From Marinilabiliales bacterium (GTDB taxonomy: Bacteria > Bacteroidota > Bacteroidia > Bacteroidales > F082): a stretch of DNA of 64,000 nucleotides. This document shows, in pieces, positions 1 through 9,806 of the stretch. The position numbers were made by a program, and so were the translations under genes. Every line of letters starts with the position of its first letter. The first letter of the stretch is position 1. The notes beneath the pieces are model-generated. The model was not told the origin of the DNA. It saw only the letters and a list, made by a program, of their open reading frames with translations, and made no database searches. The stretch lies in contig PKTD01000107.1 in NCBI GenBank assembly GCA_002869315.1, forward strand, positions 7,910 through 71,909. The letters run 5' to 3'.

Positions 1-152
1 ACTTCCTTTTGAGCAGTTATGTCCCCAAAATCAGTAAAATCTTCTTCATTATGTCGTATTGTTTTTAAAAATACAGGCTCGGTATTTAAATAAACAGCAA
101 TGCGGGTTTTATGAGTTTCAGGATAAATTATCAGTATATTTTTTGCAACCAT
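1..152 (-). CDS. butyrate kinase-like (ASKHA family) protein, first 50 codons only; continues off the left edge
   Basis: ATG at 152-150 on the minus strand. The translation MVAKNILIIYPETHKTRIAVYLNTEPVFLKTIRHNEEDFTDFGDITAQKE matches by eye the N-terminal pattern of butyrate kinases (ILxINPGSTSTKIAVY...F..T.RH). The phosphate-binding NPGSTSTK motif is replaced here by YPETHKTR. Too short to appear in the ORF track. Confidence 0.35.
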   Translation of the reverse strand, partial: MVAKNILIIYPETHKTRIAVYLNTEPVFLKTIRHNEEDFTDFGDITAQKE

Positions 153-384
153 TTTTTAAAGATTTTTAAAAAAATAAAAGTAAATAAAAAGCCTCACATA
201 ATAAAGTAAAAATGTGTTTTTTGAGAGTTTAAGGAATTAAATATACAAATAATAGGAAGATGCAATATTTATAATATATAAGTTATTAAACCTTACTGAG
301 ATTCTAATAGCGTTTTGTAAATCGTAGAGTACTTTCTTGAACGCCGAATGATGAATTTGGGGTCACCGAATATTATTATATTTA

Positions 385-3300
385 TTACATATTCCTCCGG
401 TACTGTCCACCAACATCAAACAATGCTCCGGTAATCTGACCTATGGAAGCATATTTTGCTGTTTCAATAAGTGTATCAAAAATATTTTCATTTTTTCTTG
501 CTGCATCCTGAAGTTTTTTCAAGTTCTCTTCAGCTTCAGTTTTCCATGTTTTATGGAGTTGGTCCAACATATTAATTTGATACTCTTTTTCCTTCTCAGT
601 AGCTCGGATAATTTCACCCGGAATTACAGTTTTCGATCCGTCTTTTCCAAGGAAAGTATTTACACCTATAATTGGAAGTTTACCAGAATGCTTAAGGTTT
701 TCATAGTAAAGTGATTCTTCCTGTATTTTACTACGTTGGTACATGGTTTCCATTGCTCCCAAAACACCACCTCTTTCAGTAATTCTGTCGAACTCAGTTA
801 AAATTGCTTCCTCAACCAAATCGGTAAGTTCTTCAATTATAAACGAACCCTGCAAAGGATTTTGATTTTTAGCAAGTCCTAACTCATGATTGATTATCAT
901 TTGAATGGCAATAGCCCTTCTCACCGATTCTTCTGTTGGAGTTGTTATTGCTTCATCATAAGCATTGGTATGCAGCGAATTACAATTATCATAAATAGCA
1001 TAAAGCGCTTGTAATGTGGTTCTGATATCATTAAAATCTATCTCCTGTGCATGTAGTGAACGACCTGAAGTTTGAATGTGGTATTTCAGTTTTTGTGAAC
1101 GTTCATTACCTCCATATTTTAATTTCATGGCTTTTGCCCAGATGAGTCGTGCTACCCTACCAATAACAGCATATTCAGGATCTTCTCCATTGGAAAAGAA
1201 AAATGAAAGGTTAGGAGCATATTTGTCAACATCCATTCCTCTGGATTTATAGTATTCCACATAGGTAAATCCGTTGGACAGTGTAAATGCCAACTGACTT
1301 ATGGGATTTGCCCCGGCCTCAGCAATATGATAGCCTGAAATGGAAACACTGTAGAAATTTCTCACATTATTGTTTATGAAGTATTCTTGCACATCTCCCA
1401 TAAGTTTCAGGGAGAAATCAGTTGAGAAAATACAAGTGTTTTGAGCCTGGTCTTCTTTTAAAATATCTGCCTGAACAGTACCTCTTACAGCACAAAGTGT
1501 ATTGATTTTAATTTTTTCATAGATATCTTTAGGAAGAACCATATCACCGGTTACACCGAGTAAAAACAATCCGAGACCGTCGTTACCTTCAGGTAGTTTA
1601 CCCTGATATTTTGGCCTTTCAGTTCCCTTTTCTTTATAGATACCTTCGATGATGGCTTCAACTTCTTTTTCAAGTCCGTTTTCCTTTATATAAATTTCGC
1701 ACTGTTGGTCTATGGCGGCATTCAGAAAATAGCCTACTAAAGTAGGAGCAGGGCCATTAATTGTCATGGAGACAGATGTTTTTGGATCGGCAAGATTAAA
1801 GCCTGAATATAATTTTTTAGCATCATCGAGGCAAGCAATGGAAACCCCTGCATTTCCAATTTTACCATAAATATCTGGCCGTCGATCAGGGTCTTCTCCA
1901 TACAAAGTCACCGAATCGAATGCAGTTGAAAGACGTTTTGCAGGCATGCCCTTTGATACATAGTGGAAGCGGCGGTTGGTTCTTTCCGGTCCGCCTTCAC
2001 CTGCAAACATACGTGTGGGATATTCGCCTTCACTTTTAAAAGGAAATACACCAGCGGCAAATGGAAATTCACCCGGAACATTTTCCTTTAATATCCATTT
2101 TAAAATGTCGCCCTTGCTCTTATACTGTGGCAAACAAACCTTGGGTATTTTATTGTGAGAAAGCGATTCAGTATGCGTTGCTATCTTAAACTCTTTGTCT
2201 CTTACCTTAAACTTATAAAACTCTTCAGTATAATTTTTCTTCTTCTCTTCCCATCTTTCAAGTTCATATAAATTATTTGGGTCGAGCTTTCTTACTATTT
2301 CATCGTAAAGTGTTTTTAGAGAATCTGTCTTATCCTCATTACCATTTTCTTTCATCATTTCCATGGAGCCAGCCAGTTGATGAAGTTTTTCAGCAATTTC
2401 GCTTTGTTCCTCAGCCCATTGATTATAGTTTCTTACTGTTTCAGAAATCTCTGAAAGATATCTCACCCTGTTGGGTGGAATGATATAAATTTTTTCAGTA
2501 TTGGAATAGTCTTTTATCTTTTCAGATTTAAAGTTAACTCCCGTTTTTTCCTTTATAATATCAAGAAGTTTCAGATAGTATTCGTTAACTCCCGGATCGT
2601 TGAATTGTGAGGCCACAGTTCCGTAAACAGGCATATCCTCGACATTTGCTTCAAACAGCATATTATTTCTCTGATATTGCTTTTTTACATCCCGTAAGGC
2701 ATCTTTTGCTCCTCTTTTATCAAATTTGTTTAATGCTATCAAATCTGCAAAGTCGAGCATATCAATTTTTTCCAACTGCGTTGCAGCTCCATATTCCGGC
2801 GTCATAACATAAAGAGAAACATCACTATGATCAACTATGGAAGTATCTGACTGTCCGATGCCTGAGGTTTCCAGAATTATCAAATCGAAACCTGCTGCCT
2901 GTGCTATTTGCTCGGCTTCTTTTACGTATTTTGAAATGGATAGGTTTGACTGACGTGTTGCCAAAGAACGCATAAATACTCTCGGATTATCAATGGCATT
3001 CATTCTTATTCTGTCGCCAAGCAATGCTCCACCCGATTTTCTTTTGGATGGGTCAACAGAAATTATAGCAATGGTTTTATCTTCAAAATCATTTAAAAAA
3101 CGACGTACAACTTCATCCACCAGTGATGATTTTCCTGCTCCTCCAGTTCCAGTAATTCCAAGCACCGGAGCCTTCTTTGCCATGGCCTTAACCTTAACCT
3201 CATCAAGTAATTCAACCACTGATTCAGGCTTGTTTTCTGCGGCAGATATCAGACGGGAAATCTTTACATAATCTTTACTTTCAATATCCTTTAAACTAAT

Positions 3301-3756
3301 GTCGGTTTTATCGCCACTGGGAAAATCCGATTTTTCCATCAGATCATTAATCATTCCCTGCAATCCCATTTTCATTCCATCGTCGGGAGAATAAATTCTG
3401 GCTATTCCGTAATTATGCAGTTCTTCCATCTCATCGGGAAGGATAACTCCACCGCCACCACCAAATATTTTTATATGACCACAACCTTTTTCATGCAGCA
3501 TATCGTGCATATATTTAAAAAATTCCATATGACCTCCCTGATAAGAGGTAATGGCAATTGATTGTGCATCTTCCTGTATGGCAGTATTTACAATTTCATG
3601 TACCGAGCGATTATGTCCCAGGTGTATAACCTCTGCTCCACCTGATTGAATGATTCGACGCATAACATTTATTGCCGCATCGTGACCATCGAAAAGCGAG
3701 GCAGCGGTTACAATACGAACGTGATTTTTAGGCTTATATATTTTTGGAACCTGCAT
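385..3756 (-). CDS. icmF: fused isobutyryl-CoA mutase (B12-binding domain + MeaB-like GTPase + mutase catalytic domain)
   Basis: 1123-aa ORF. N-terminal cobalamin-binding domain with DxHxxG (DGHDAAIN) and GHNRSV. Central G-protein P-loop [13 protein letters not shown]-terminal methylmalonyl-CoA-mutase-type substrate barrel. This three-part fusion is the IcmF architecture. Confidence 0.9.
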   Translation of the reverse strand: MQVPKIYKPKNHVRIVTAASLFDGHDAAINVMRRIIQSGGAEVIHLGHNRSVHEIVNTAIQEDAQSIAITSYQGGHMEFFKYMHDMLHEKGCGHIKIFGGGGGVILPDEMEELHNYGIARIYSPDDGMKMGLQGMINDLMEKSDFPSGDKTDISLKDIESKDYVKISRLISAAENKPESVVELLDEVKVKAMAKKAPVLGITGTGGAGKSSLVDEVVRRFLNDFEDKTIAIISVDPSKRKSGGALLGDRIRMNAIDNPRVFMRSLATRQSNLSISKYVKEAEQIAQAAGFDLIILETSGIGQSDTSIVDHSDVSLYVMTPEYGAATQLEKIDMLDFADLIALNKFDKRGAKDALRDVKKQYQRNNMLFEANVEDMPVYGTVASQFNDPGVNEYYLKLLDIIKEKTGVNFKSEKIKDYSNTEKIYIIPPNRVRYLSEISETVRNYNQWAEEQSEIAEKLHQLAGSMEMMKENGNEDKTDSLKTLYDEIVRKLDPNNLYELERWEEKKKNYTEEFYKFKVRDKEFKIATHTESLSHNKIPKVCLPQYKSKGDILKWILKENVPGEFPFAAGVFPFKSEGEYPTRMFAGEGGPERTNRRFHYVSKGMPAKRLSTAFDSVTLYGEDPDRRPDIYGKIGNAGVSIACLDDAKKLYSGFNLADPKTSVSMTINGPAPTLVGYFLNAAIDQQCEIYIKENGLEKEVEAIIEGIYKEKGTERPKYQGKLPEGNDGLGLFLLGVTGDMVLPKDIYEKIKINTLCAVRGTVQADILKEDQAQNTCIFSTDFSLKLMGDVQEYFINNNVRNFYSVSISGYHIAEAGANPISQLAFTLSNGFTYVEYYKSRGMDVDKYAPNLSFFFSNGEDPEYAVIGRVARLIWAKAMKLKYGGNERSQKLKYHIQTSGRSLHAQEIDFNDIRTTLQALYAIYDNCNSLHTNAYDEAITTPTEESVRRAIAIQMIINHELGLAKNQNPLQGSFIIEELTDLVEEAILTEFDRITERGGVLGAMETMYQRSKIQEESLYYENLKHSGKLPIIGVNTFLGKDGSKTVIPGEIIRATEKEKEYQINMLDQLHKTWKTEAEENLKKLQDAARKNENIFDTLIETAKYASIGQITGALFDVGGQYRRNM

Positions 3757-4174
3757 AATTTAGTTTTTAAAACGATTGCGGCAAATATAATGAAAGTATT
3801 TGTTGGAAGATATGAGTTTTGTGGTATGAATTCATAGTTAAAATAAGATCTCTTTCAGATCATAACAATGAACTGCTGATGGGTCCTTGAAAAGATTGTT
3901 GGTTCTTAGATTATTTTTGAGCAACGAACACCGACCTGTCAGTCCAATGACTGATTAACAAAGGCCGAATGAGTAGTTGGGTTATATATTATTATCGTTT
4001 TAATAATTCGTATTCATTAGACTTGGTTTACTTCTAAAATAGTTATTCTTTGATCATTGTTCGATATTCGAAAAGCAATTTTAAAAAACCTATAATTTTA
4101 ATTGATAATGAATTACCTAATAAATGTTTACACACATTAATCTTAATGCATCCAATCCAATTTAATATTTGTCA

Positions 4175-4182
4175 TATATTTG
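4175..4182 (+). promoter_or_regulatory. candidate Bacteroidota -7 promoter box (TAnnTTTG)
   Basis: TATATTTG lies 64 nt upstream of the ATG at 4246. No clear -33 TTTG partner. Confidence 0.3.
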
Positions 4183-4245
4183 CCTCCATTTTATTGGCAC
4201 AATATCATTATTGAAACTAATTATTTAATATAAAGAATATTACAG

Positions 4246-7161
4246 ATGAAGAGAATTTTATTTTTTTATCTGCTCATAGCACTTGTGTTTATGGGTAGTA
4301 ATGCATTAAATGCACAAGAAACGAAGCAGCCTACACGAGTTTCAAAATCCGTATACATGGATGTTTCAAAAAAACTTAGTGACATAACACCCATTCAACC
4401 AGGATTACGTGAAAGAACATGGAAGAACAAAGAAGTTCCAAATGAATTGGATTATGAAGAAGTACTTGGTACTCCCGGACCTATGATTGGTGATGATCCT
4501 GTTCGCCAAAACAGTATGAAAAATACTACTGACGGAGGAATTATTAATCAGAATTTTTCAGGAGTTGGTAATCTTTCTGGGGTAGCACCTCCTGATACAC
4601 AGGGAGATGTTGGTCCAAACCATTATTTCCAAATGGTAAATAGTGCTTTCGCAATTTGGGATAAAGAAGGAAATTTACTTTACGGACCAGTTGATAATAT
4701 TACATTGTGGGATGGTTTCCCAGGACCTTGGTCAAGTACTAACGATGGTGATCCAGTTGTACTTTATGATGAGTATGCCGACAGATGGATAGCAACACAG
4801 TTTTCATTACCAAACTATCCTTCAGGACCTTTCTACGAATTAGTAGCAGTTTCGCAAACAGGTGATCCAACAGGAGAATGGAACAGATATGCTTTTGAAT
4901 TTAATGAGATGCCTGACTATCCAAAATTTGGTGTTTGGACTGACGGATATTACATGACAACACATAATTTTGCAGGAGGTGGTTTCACAGGAGCCGGATT
5001 AACTGTTTTTGACAGAGATGCAATGATAGCTGGTGAGCCTGTAGCTGATATGGTGGAGTTTAGTGTGGGATCTTCTTACTATGGAGTGTTAGCCGCCGAT
5101 GCTGATGGCCCAACACCGCCACCTGAAGGATCTCCTTCTTACCTTTTAGATATTATTGGTAATAGCGCAATGCGCATTTGGGAGGCTGAATTAGATTGGA
5201 ATATTCCTGATAATTCTGAATTAAGCCTTACCGCTACTTTATCAGTTGAATCTTTTTCAACCAATGGTTTGAATATTAGTCAGCCTGGTACAGGAACATC
5301 ACTTGATGCTCTTACAGGAATGACAATGTACCGTTTGCAATATCGGAATTTTGGGGATTATCAAACACTGGTAACTAACCATACTGTTAATGCAGGTGGC
5401 GGACAAGCCGGAGTGCGTTGGTATGAGTTGAGAAAAACAGATGCTAACTGGGAAATTTATCAACAGGGAACATATGCACCGGATGATGGCGATAACAGAT
5501 GGATGGCCAGTGCTGCAATGAATGGTAATGGTGATATTGCCATTGGATATTCTGTGTCCAGTTCATCAACTTATCCTTATATAAGGTTTGCCGGACAAAC
5601 TGCCGGAGCTCCAATGGGTCTAGGTGTTTTAGATATCGAAGAAACAAGTATATATGAAGGTAATAAATCTCAAACCGGTGTTAGCCGTTGGGGAGATTAT
5701 TCATGTATGACTGTGGATCCAACCAATGATGAGTCATTTTGGTTTACTACTGAATATTCAAACGGTGGATGGAGCTGGAAAACTCAGATCGCTTCATTTG
5801 GTTTTGTTCAGCCTCCTGTAGCCGATTTTAGTGCAGATGAAATATTAATACCTGTGGGAGAAAGTGTTGACTTTTTTGATGAAACTTCAGGTCTTCCTTC
5901 AGAATGGGAATGGACATTTGAGGGTGGTACCCCATCTTCCTCAACAGAGAGAGATCCTAGTGGAATTGTTTTCGACACTGAAGGCTCATTTACAGTTACA
6001 TTAACTGCTACTAATGTTCTGGGAACAGATACTAAAATAAAAGAAGGGTTTATAACTACTTCTTCATCTGTGCTTCCTGAAGTTGATTTTACAGCTGACA
6101 GATCAGAGATTTGTGTTGGCGATACAGTATATTTTACTGACCAAAGTAATTATAGCCCTAATCAATGGGCATGGTCATTTACTCCTGATGATGTTACATT
6201 TATAGAGGGTACTGATGCAAATAGTCAGAATCCGATAGTCGTATTTAATACTTCAGGCTCATTCGATGCTCATCTTCAGGTTTGGAATCTCAATGGTTCT
6301 TCAGAACTTGAGAAAACTGATATTCTTAATGCAGGAGGTCGCTTACCTTATTATAAAGAGACTTTTGAAAATGAAACCTATGCAAGTATTGGCTGGACAG
6401 TAAGTAATCCGGATGATGACGTTACATGGCAACTTTATGAAGTTGGTGGAACAACTCCGGGAATGACTGCAGCCGGTATCGACTTCTCAGATTATTTCGC
6501 GATAGGAGAAAGAGACAGATTAATTTCACCTGCTTTTAACCTTGAGGGTATGAGTAGTGCTGCAATGGGTTTCCAACACGCCTATGCACAGCGTATGGCT
6601 GATGCGGCTGACTCATTGGTAGTTTTAGTTTCTGACGATTGTGGACTTTCATGGACAAGAGTTTTTGCAGATGCCTAAAATGGTACAGGAAACTTTGCCA
6701 CTCATGAAATGACAAGTGAATTTTGGCCAGAAGTTGCTGAAGACTGGTGTATTGCCGGTTGGGGAGCAGGATGTATTGACCTTGATCTAACACCATGGGC
6801 AGGTAGTCCTAATGTTAAGGTTGCTTTTGAATCATATAGTTTCTATGGAAACCCACTTATGATTGATAACTTTACTGTAAGTCAGTATTTGAATACAGAA
6901 GAATCGGAAATTAATAAAGATCTGTTTAAGATTTTCCCAAATCCGGCTTCTACACAGTTTACTGTTCTTCTACCTGATAACTATACTTATTCAGAAGTAA
7001 TACTTATGAATCAGTTGGGTCAGGTTGTTAAAAGAGCCGATGTAGATGGAGTTTCAAATGTTGTAAACATTAGTATTGATCAAAAACTTGAAACAGGATT
7101 GTATTTTGTAAGAGTTATTGGTGCTGGAAAAGAAACTATTCAGAAACTAGTCATAAACTAG
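4246..7161 (+). pseudogene. secreted T9SS cargo protein (N-terminal propeller-like domain, two PKD domains, C-terminal Por sorting domain) interrupted by one in-frame TAA at 6676-6678
   Basis: ORFs 4246-6678 and 6709-7161 are in the same frame, and the 30 nt between them is open. Signal peptide MKRILFFYLLIALVFMGSNALNA|Q. PKD-like repeats (PVADFSADE...TVTLTATN and PEVDFTADR...). The last ~80 aa (FKIFPNPASTQFTVLL...GLYFVRVIGAGKETIQKLVIN) are a typical T9SS C-terminal domain. Confidence 0.75.
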
Positions 7162-7182
7162 TAGAAAGAAAGCGATAAAAAA

Positions 7183-7216
7183 CCCTGACAAACACTAGTT
7201 TTGTCAGGGTTTTTTG
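7183..7216. terminator. bidirectional rho-independent terminator between convergent genes
   Basis: 10-bp perfect stem CCCTGACAAA (7183-7192) / TTTGTCAGGG (7200-7209). Flanked by an A-run upstream and a T-run downstream. Confidence 0.75.
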
Positions 7217-7241
7217 TGTTTAAAATTTTAATAATAAACTC

Positions 7242-8972
7242 TTATTTTACTCTGCTTGCAGTTTTAATTATTTTTTGGTAATCCCTCTTTCCTCCGGCAT
7301 TTATCCTGCAATAATATATACCGGGATTAAGTTCTTTTGCGTTGAATACGATATTGTGTAAACCGCTATTTTGTATTTCATCTTTTAATACGAAAATCAA
7401 TTTACCATAAGTATCAAAAATTGAAATATTAACTTTTTCGGTTTTTTCTAATTCATACCTGATTGTTGTTTCTTCTTTAAATGGATTAGGATAATTTATT
7501 AGATGAAAATCATCTTTAGATGTGATATTTTCTTCTATACCCACATACCATGGAGTTATATGTCCATAATATACATCCTGTTCACCGTTTAGAGTATTAG
7601 CCCAGGCCAGATGTGCTCCATCATTATCGGAAACCATGTCGAAATAGTCGCCCATTTTATCCTGATTTGGATAGCCTTCATTGGGATTGAATAATTCAGA
7701 AAGCTTTTCATTATCTGACCAGGAAACCCCATTGTCAATTGAATATGAATAATATAATGCCGATAGATAAGGATAGGAAACAGCATCTCTTGTATCCAGC
7801 CATACAACATCTATTCTACCGTTTGGTGCCACCGACATAGTTCCAAACCAGGAGTAATTATCGAAACCTTCATCAGTGTTTATCCTCCATGGTTCATCCC
7901 AACTAACTCCTCCATCTGTACTTCTTGTAAACATAACATCAGCAGGATCGTTGAATAGATCTCTGTAAACAGAGGCGCATACATAAACATTAGCTCTTCC
8001 GCTTCCTTCTGAACGGTCAACATCAAACCAAACCTGTCCTACTAAACCCGCCGGATTTACAGCTGCTTGTGAATATACACTACCATCAAGATCTACATCT
8101 GTGTTTAGCATATCCCACATTATAAAACCACCATCTTTAGCATTATCACTTCTGCTAACAACTATGCCACCATTTCCATTGGTTCCGGCCACATATAATT
8201 CTCCATCTGGTCCTGTATTTAAAGTTCCCCAGTATGGGTTTCCCGGTATGTCTACACAGTTTTCATAATTGTCGCCATCATCGGTTGAACGTGTGAAATA
8301 ATTAGGGTAACAATATGAGTAGAATGAAGTCCAGTTTGAATAAATATTGCCGTTTCCAACACTTTCAGTTTTGTCAACTACCATCCATTGCTTATCTCCT
8401 CCCTGGGCAAAAACACCTTGGTCCCATTGCCATCCACTATTATAGCTTCTGTATACATTGCACCAATAATCAAAGTTATCTGTGGTTAAACTATTGTAAT
8501 AAAACACACCTTCATTATTTACACCCAACACAGGATCTGAACGAAATACACCAGGTTCTATCACACCATCAAATACCCAGGTCTCTCCACCATCATTGGT
8601 ATAGGCAACGCCAGCCTGCCTGAAATTACTTGAAACATTATCAAATTGTCTCCATCCTATTATTATATTGTCAGGATTTGATGGATCTACTGCAATGCTT
8701 GGCTCGTTTGCCGCATCGCCTAAAATGTTATTGCCATCCTCATCAACATTCACTTGTGCAGTAAAAAACAAACTGGATCTGCTTTTATAAGCAGGCGATT
8801 TTTTTGGGTTTAGCAATGGCATATATTCATCATCTATCTGCTCATGATGACTATCCCTTTGGTTAATAAATTTATTTTGAGCAAGTAAGGCCGATATGTT
8901 TAGGCTAATGAATAAAAATATTAAGAATGTGCATTTAATAAATGCAAAGAATAATTTTTGACTTAATTCCAT
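7242..8972 (-). CDS. secreted BNR/Asp-box repeat (sialidase-fold) protein with T9SS C-terminal sorting domain
   Basis: Asp-box motifs TNDGGETW, STDGGVSW and SIDNGVSW. Signal peptide ...ISALLA|QNKF. C-terminal LINYPNPFKEETTIRYEL...GIYYCRINAGGKRDYQKIIK is T9SS CTD-like. The ORF track starts at a GTG (8996); I prefer the ATG at 8972. Confidence 0.75.
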   Translation of the reverse strand: MELSQKLFFAFIKCTFLIFLFISLNISALLAQNKFINQRDSHHEQIDDEYMPLLNPKKSPAYKSRSSLFFTAQVNVDEDGNNILGDAANEPSIAVDPSNPDNIIIGWRQFDNVSSNFRQAGVAYTNDGGETWVFDGVIEPGVFRSDPVLGVNNEGVFYYNSLTTDNFDYWCNVYRSYNSGWQWDQGVFAQGGDKQWMVVDKTESVGNGNIYSNWTSFYSYCYPNYFTRSTDDGDNYENCVDIPGNPYWGTLNTGPDGELYVAGTNGNGGIVVSRSDNAKDGGFIMWDMLNTDVDLDGSVYSQAAVNPAGLVGQVWFDVDRSEGSGRANVYVCASVYRDLFNDPADVMFTRSTDGGVSWDEPWRINTDEGFDNYSWFGTMSVAPNGRIDVVWLDTRDAVSYPYLSALYYSYSIDNGVSWSDNEKLSELFNPNEGYPNQDKMGDYFDMVSDNDGAHLAWANTLNGEQDVYYGHITPWYVGIEENITSKDDFHLINYPNPFKEETTIRYELEKTEKVNISIFDTYGKLIFVLKDEIQNSGLHNIVFNAKELNPGIYYCRINAGGKRDYQKIIKTASRVK

Positions 8973-9207
8973 GATTGTTAGTTTTATTGAAGACACAAAA
9001 CTAATTTAAAAAGTTGTCCTAAAATTTATAATTCTAATTTCATATAAATAGAATGATAAATTATTTCCATTTTATACACCTAAATTATTCTTTTGATAAT
9101 AATGCTAATACTGCTGTAATGTGCTCAAATTCATATGAGTAATAATAATGGAATTTTTTATTGTGAAAAAATCACTAAAACACTTGACAAAGTGGGTGGT
9201 TTTTGTA

Positions 9208-9215
9208 TATATTTG
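9208..9215 (+). promoter_or_regulatory. candidate -7 promoter box (TATATTTG) of the marR-fad operon, followed by a 10-bp palindrome ATGCATGCAT (9218-9227)
   Basis: Matches TAnnTTTG. It is the only such box in the 340-nt divergent intergenic region upstream of 9337. Confidence 0.3.
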
Positions 9216-9336
9216 CAATGCATGCATAGTAAATAATTGCTCATTTTGCATAAAGTAAAGAAAAACAAATAGATACAATAGTTTTATTTTACACAAGAAT
9301 TTACACAAGAGTGATAAAAATTAATACCATTCATTA

Positions 9337-9780
9337 ATGAATATACAGGATACAGTAGATTTTCACCTTCGTTCAACCTTATTTGCCACCAAACGTATGT
9401 ACAATGTATTGGCAGCAGAAAATGGAATTACCCAAGGAATTGGATATGTACTTATAAACATAGGTAAGGAAGGAATTCCTGCAACAAAAATTGCACCTAT
9501 AATGGGAATGACCAGCTCAAGTTTAAGTCGACTTCTTAAAAATATGGAAGAGGATGGATTTATTTATCGTAAAAACGACCTTAAGGATAAAAGAGTAGTT
9601 AAGGTTTTTGTAACTGAAAAGGGACTCAAACTAAGAGAGCAGGTAAAAAAGGTTGTGGTGGATTTCAACAAAAGAGTAATGTCGAAAATTACTCCCGAAG
9701 AAATGGAAACCTTTGAGAAAGTAAATGCCTTGATTAGAGAACAGGTGCAGATTGATTTGGATGAGTTTCTTGAAAGATAG
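9337..9780 (+). CDS. MarR family transcriptional regulator
   Basis: 147 aa. Winged-helix segment SSLSRLLKNMEEDGFIYRKNDLKDKRVVKVFVTEKG is typical of MarR. It is the first gene of the beta-oxidation operon. Confidence 0.8.
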   Translation: MNIQDTVDFHLRSTLFATKRMYNVLAAENGITQGIGYVLINIGKEGIPATKIAPIMGMTSSSLSRLLKNMEEDGFIYRKNDLKDKRVVKVFVTEKGLKLREQVKKVVVDFNKRVMSKITPEEMETFEKVNALIREQVQIDLDEFLER

Positions 9781-9806
9781 TTAAAAGGAAATTAAAAACA
9801 TATATA

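Noticed and set aside
3757-4245. Cobalamin riboswitch upstream of icmF, and likewise upstream of nrdJ at 22785-23207.
   Set aside because: Both enzymes use B12, so I looked for the B12 box and the GCCACTG core on the relevant strand. I found nothing resembling them. B12-dependent enzymes are in any case not the usual riboswitch targets.
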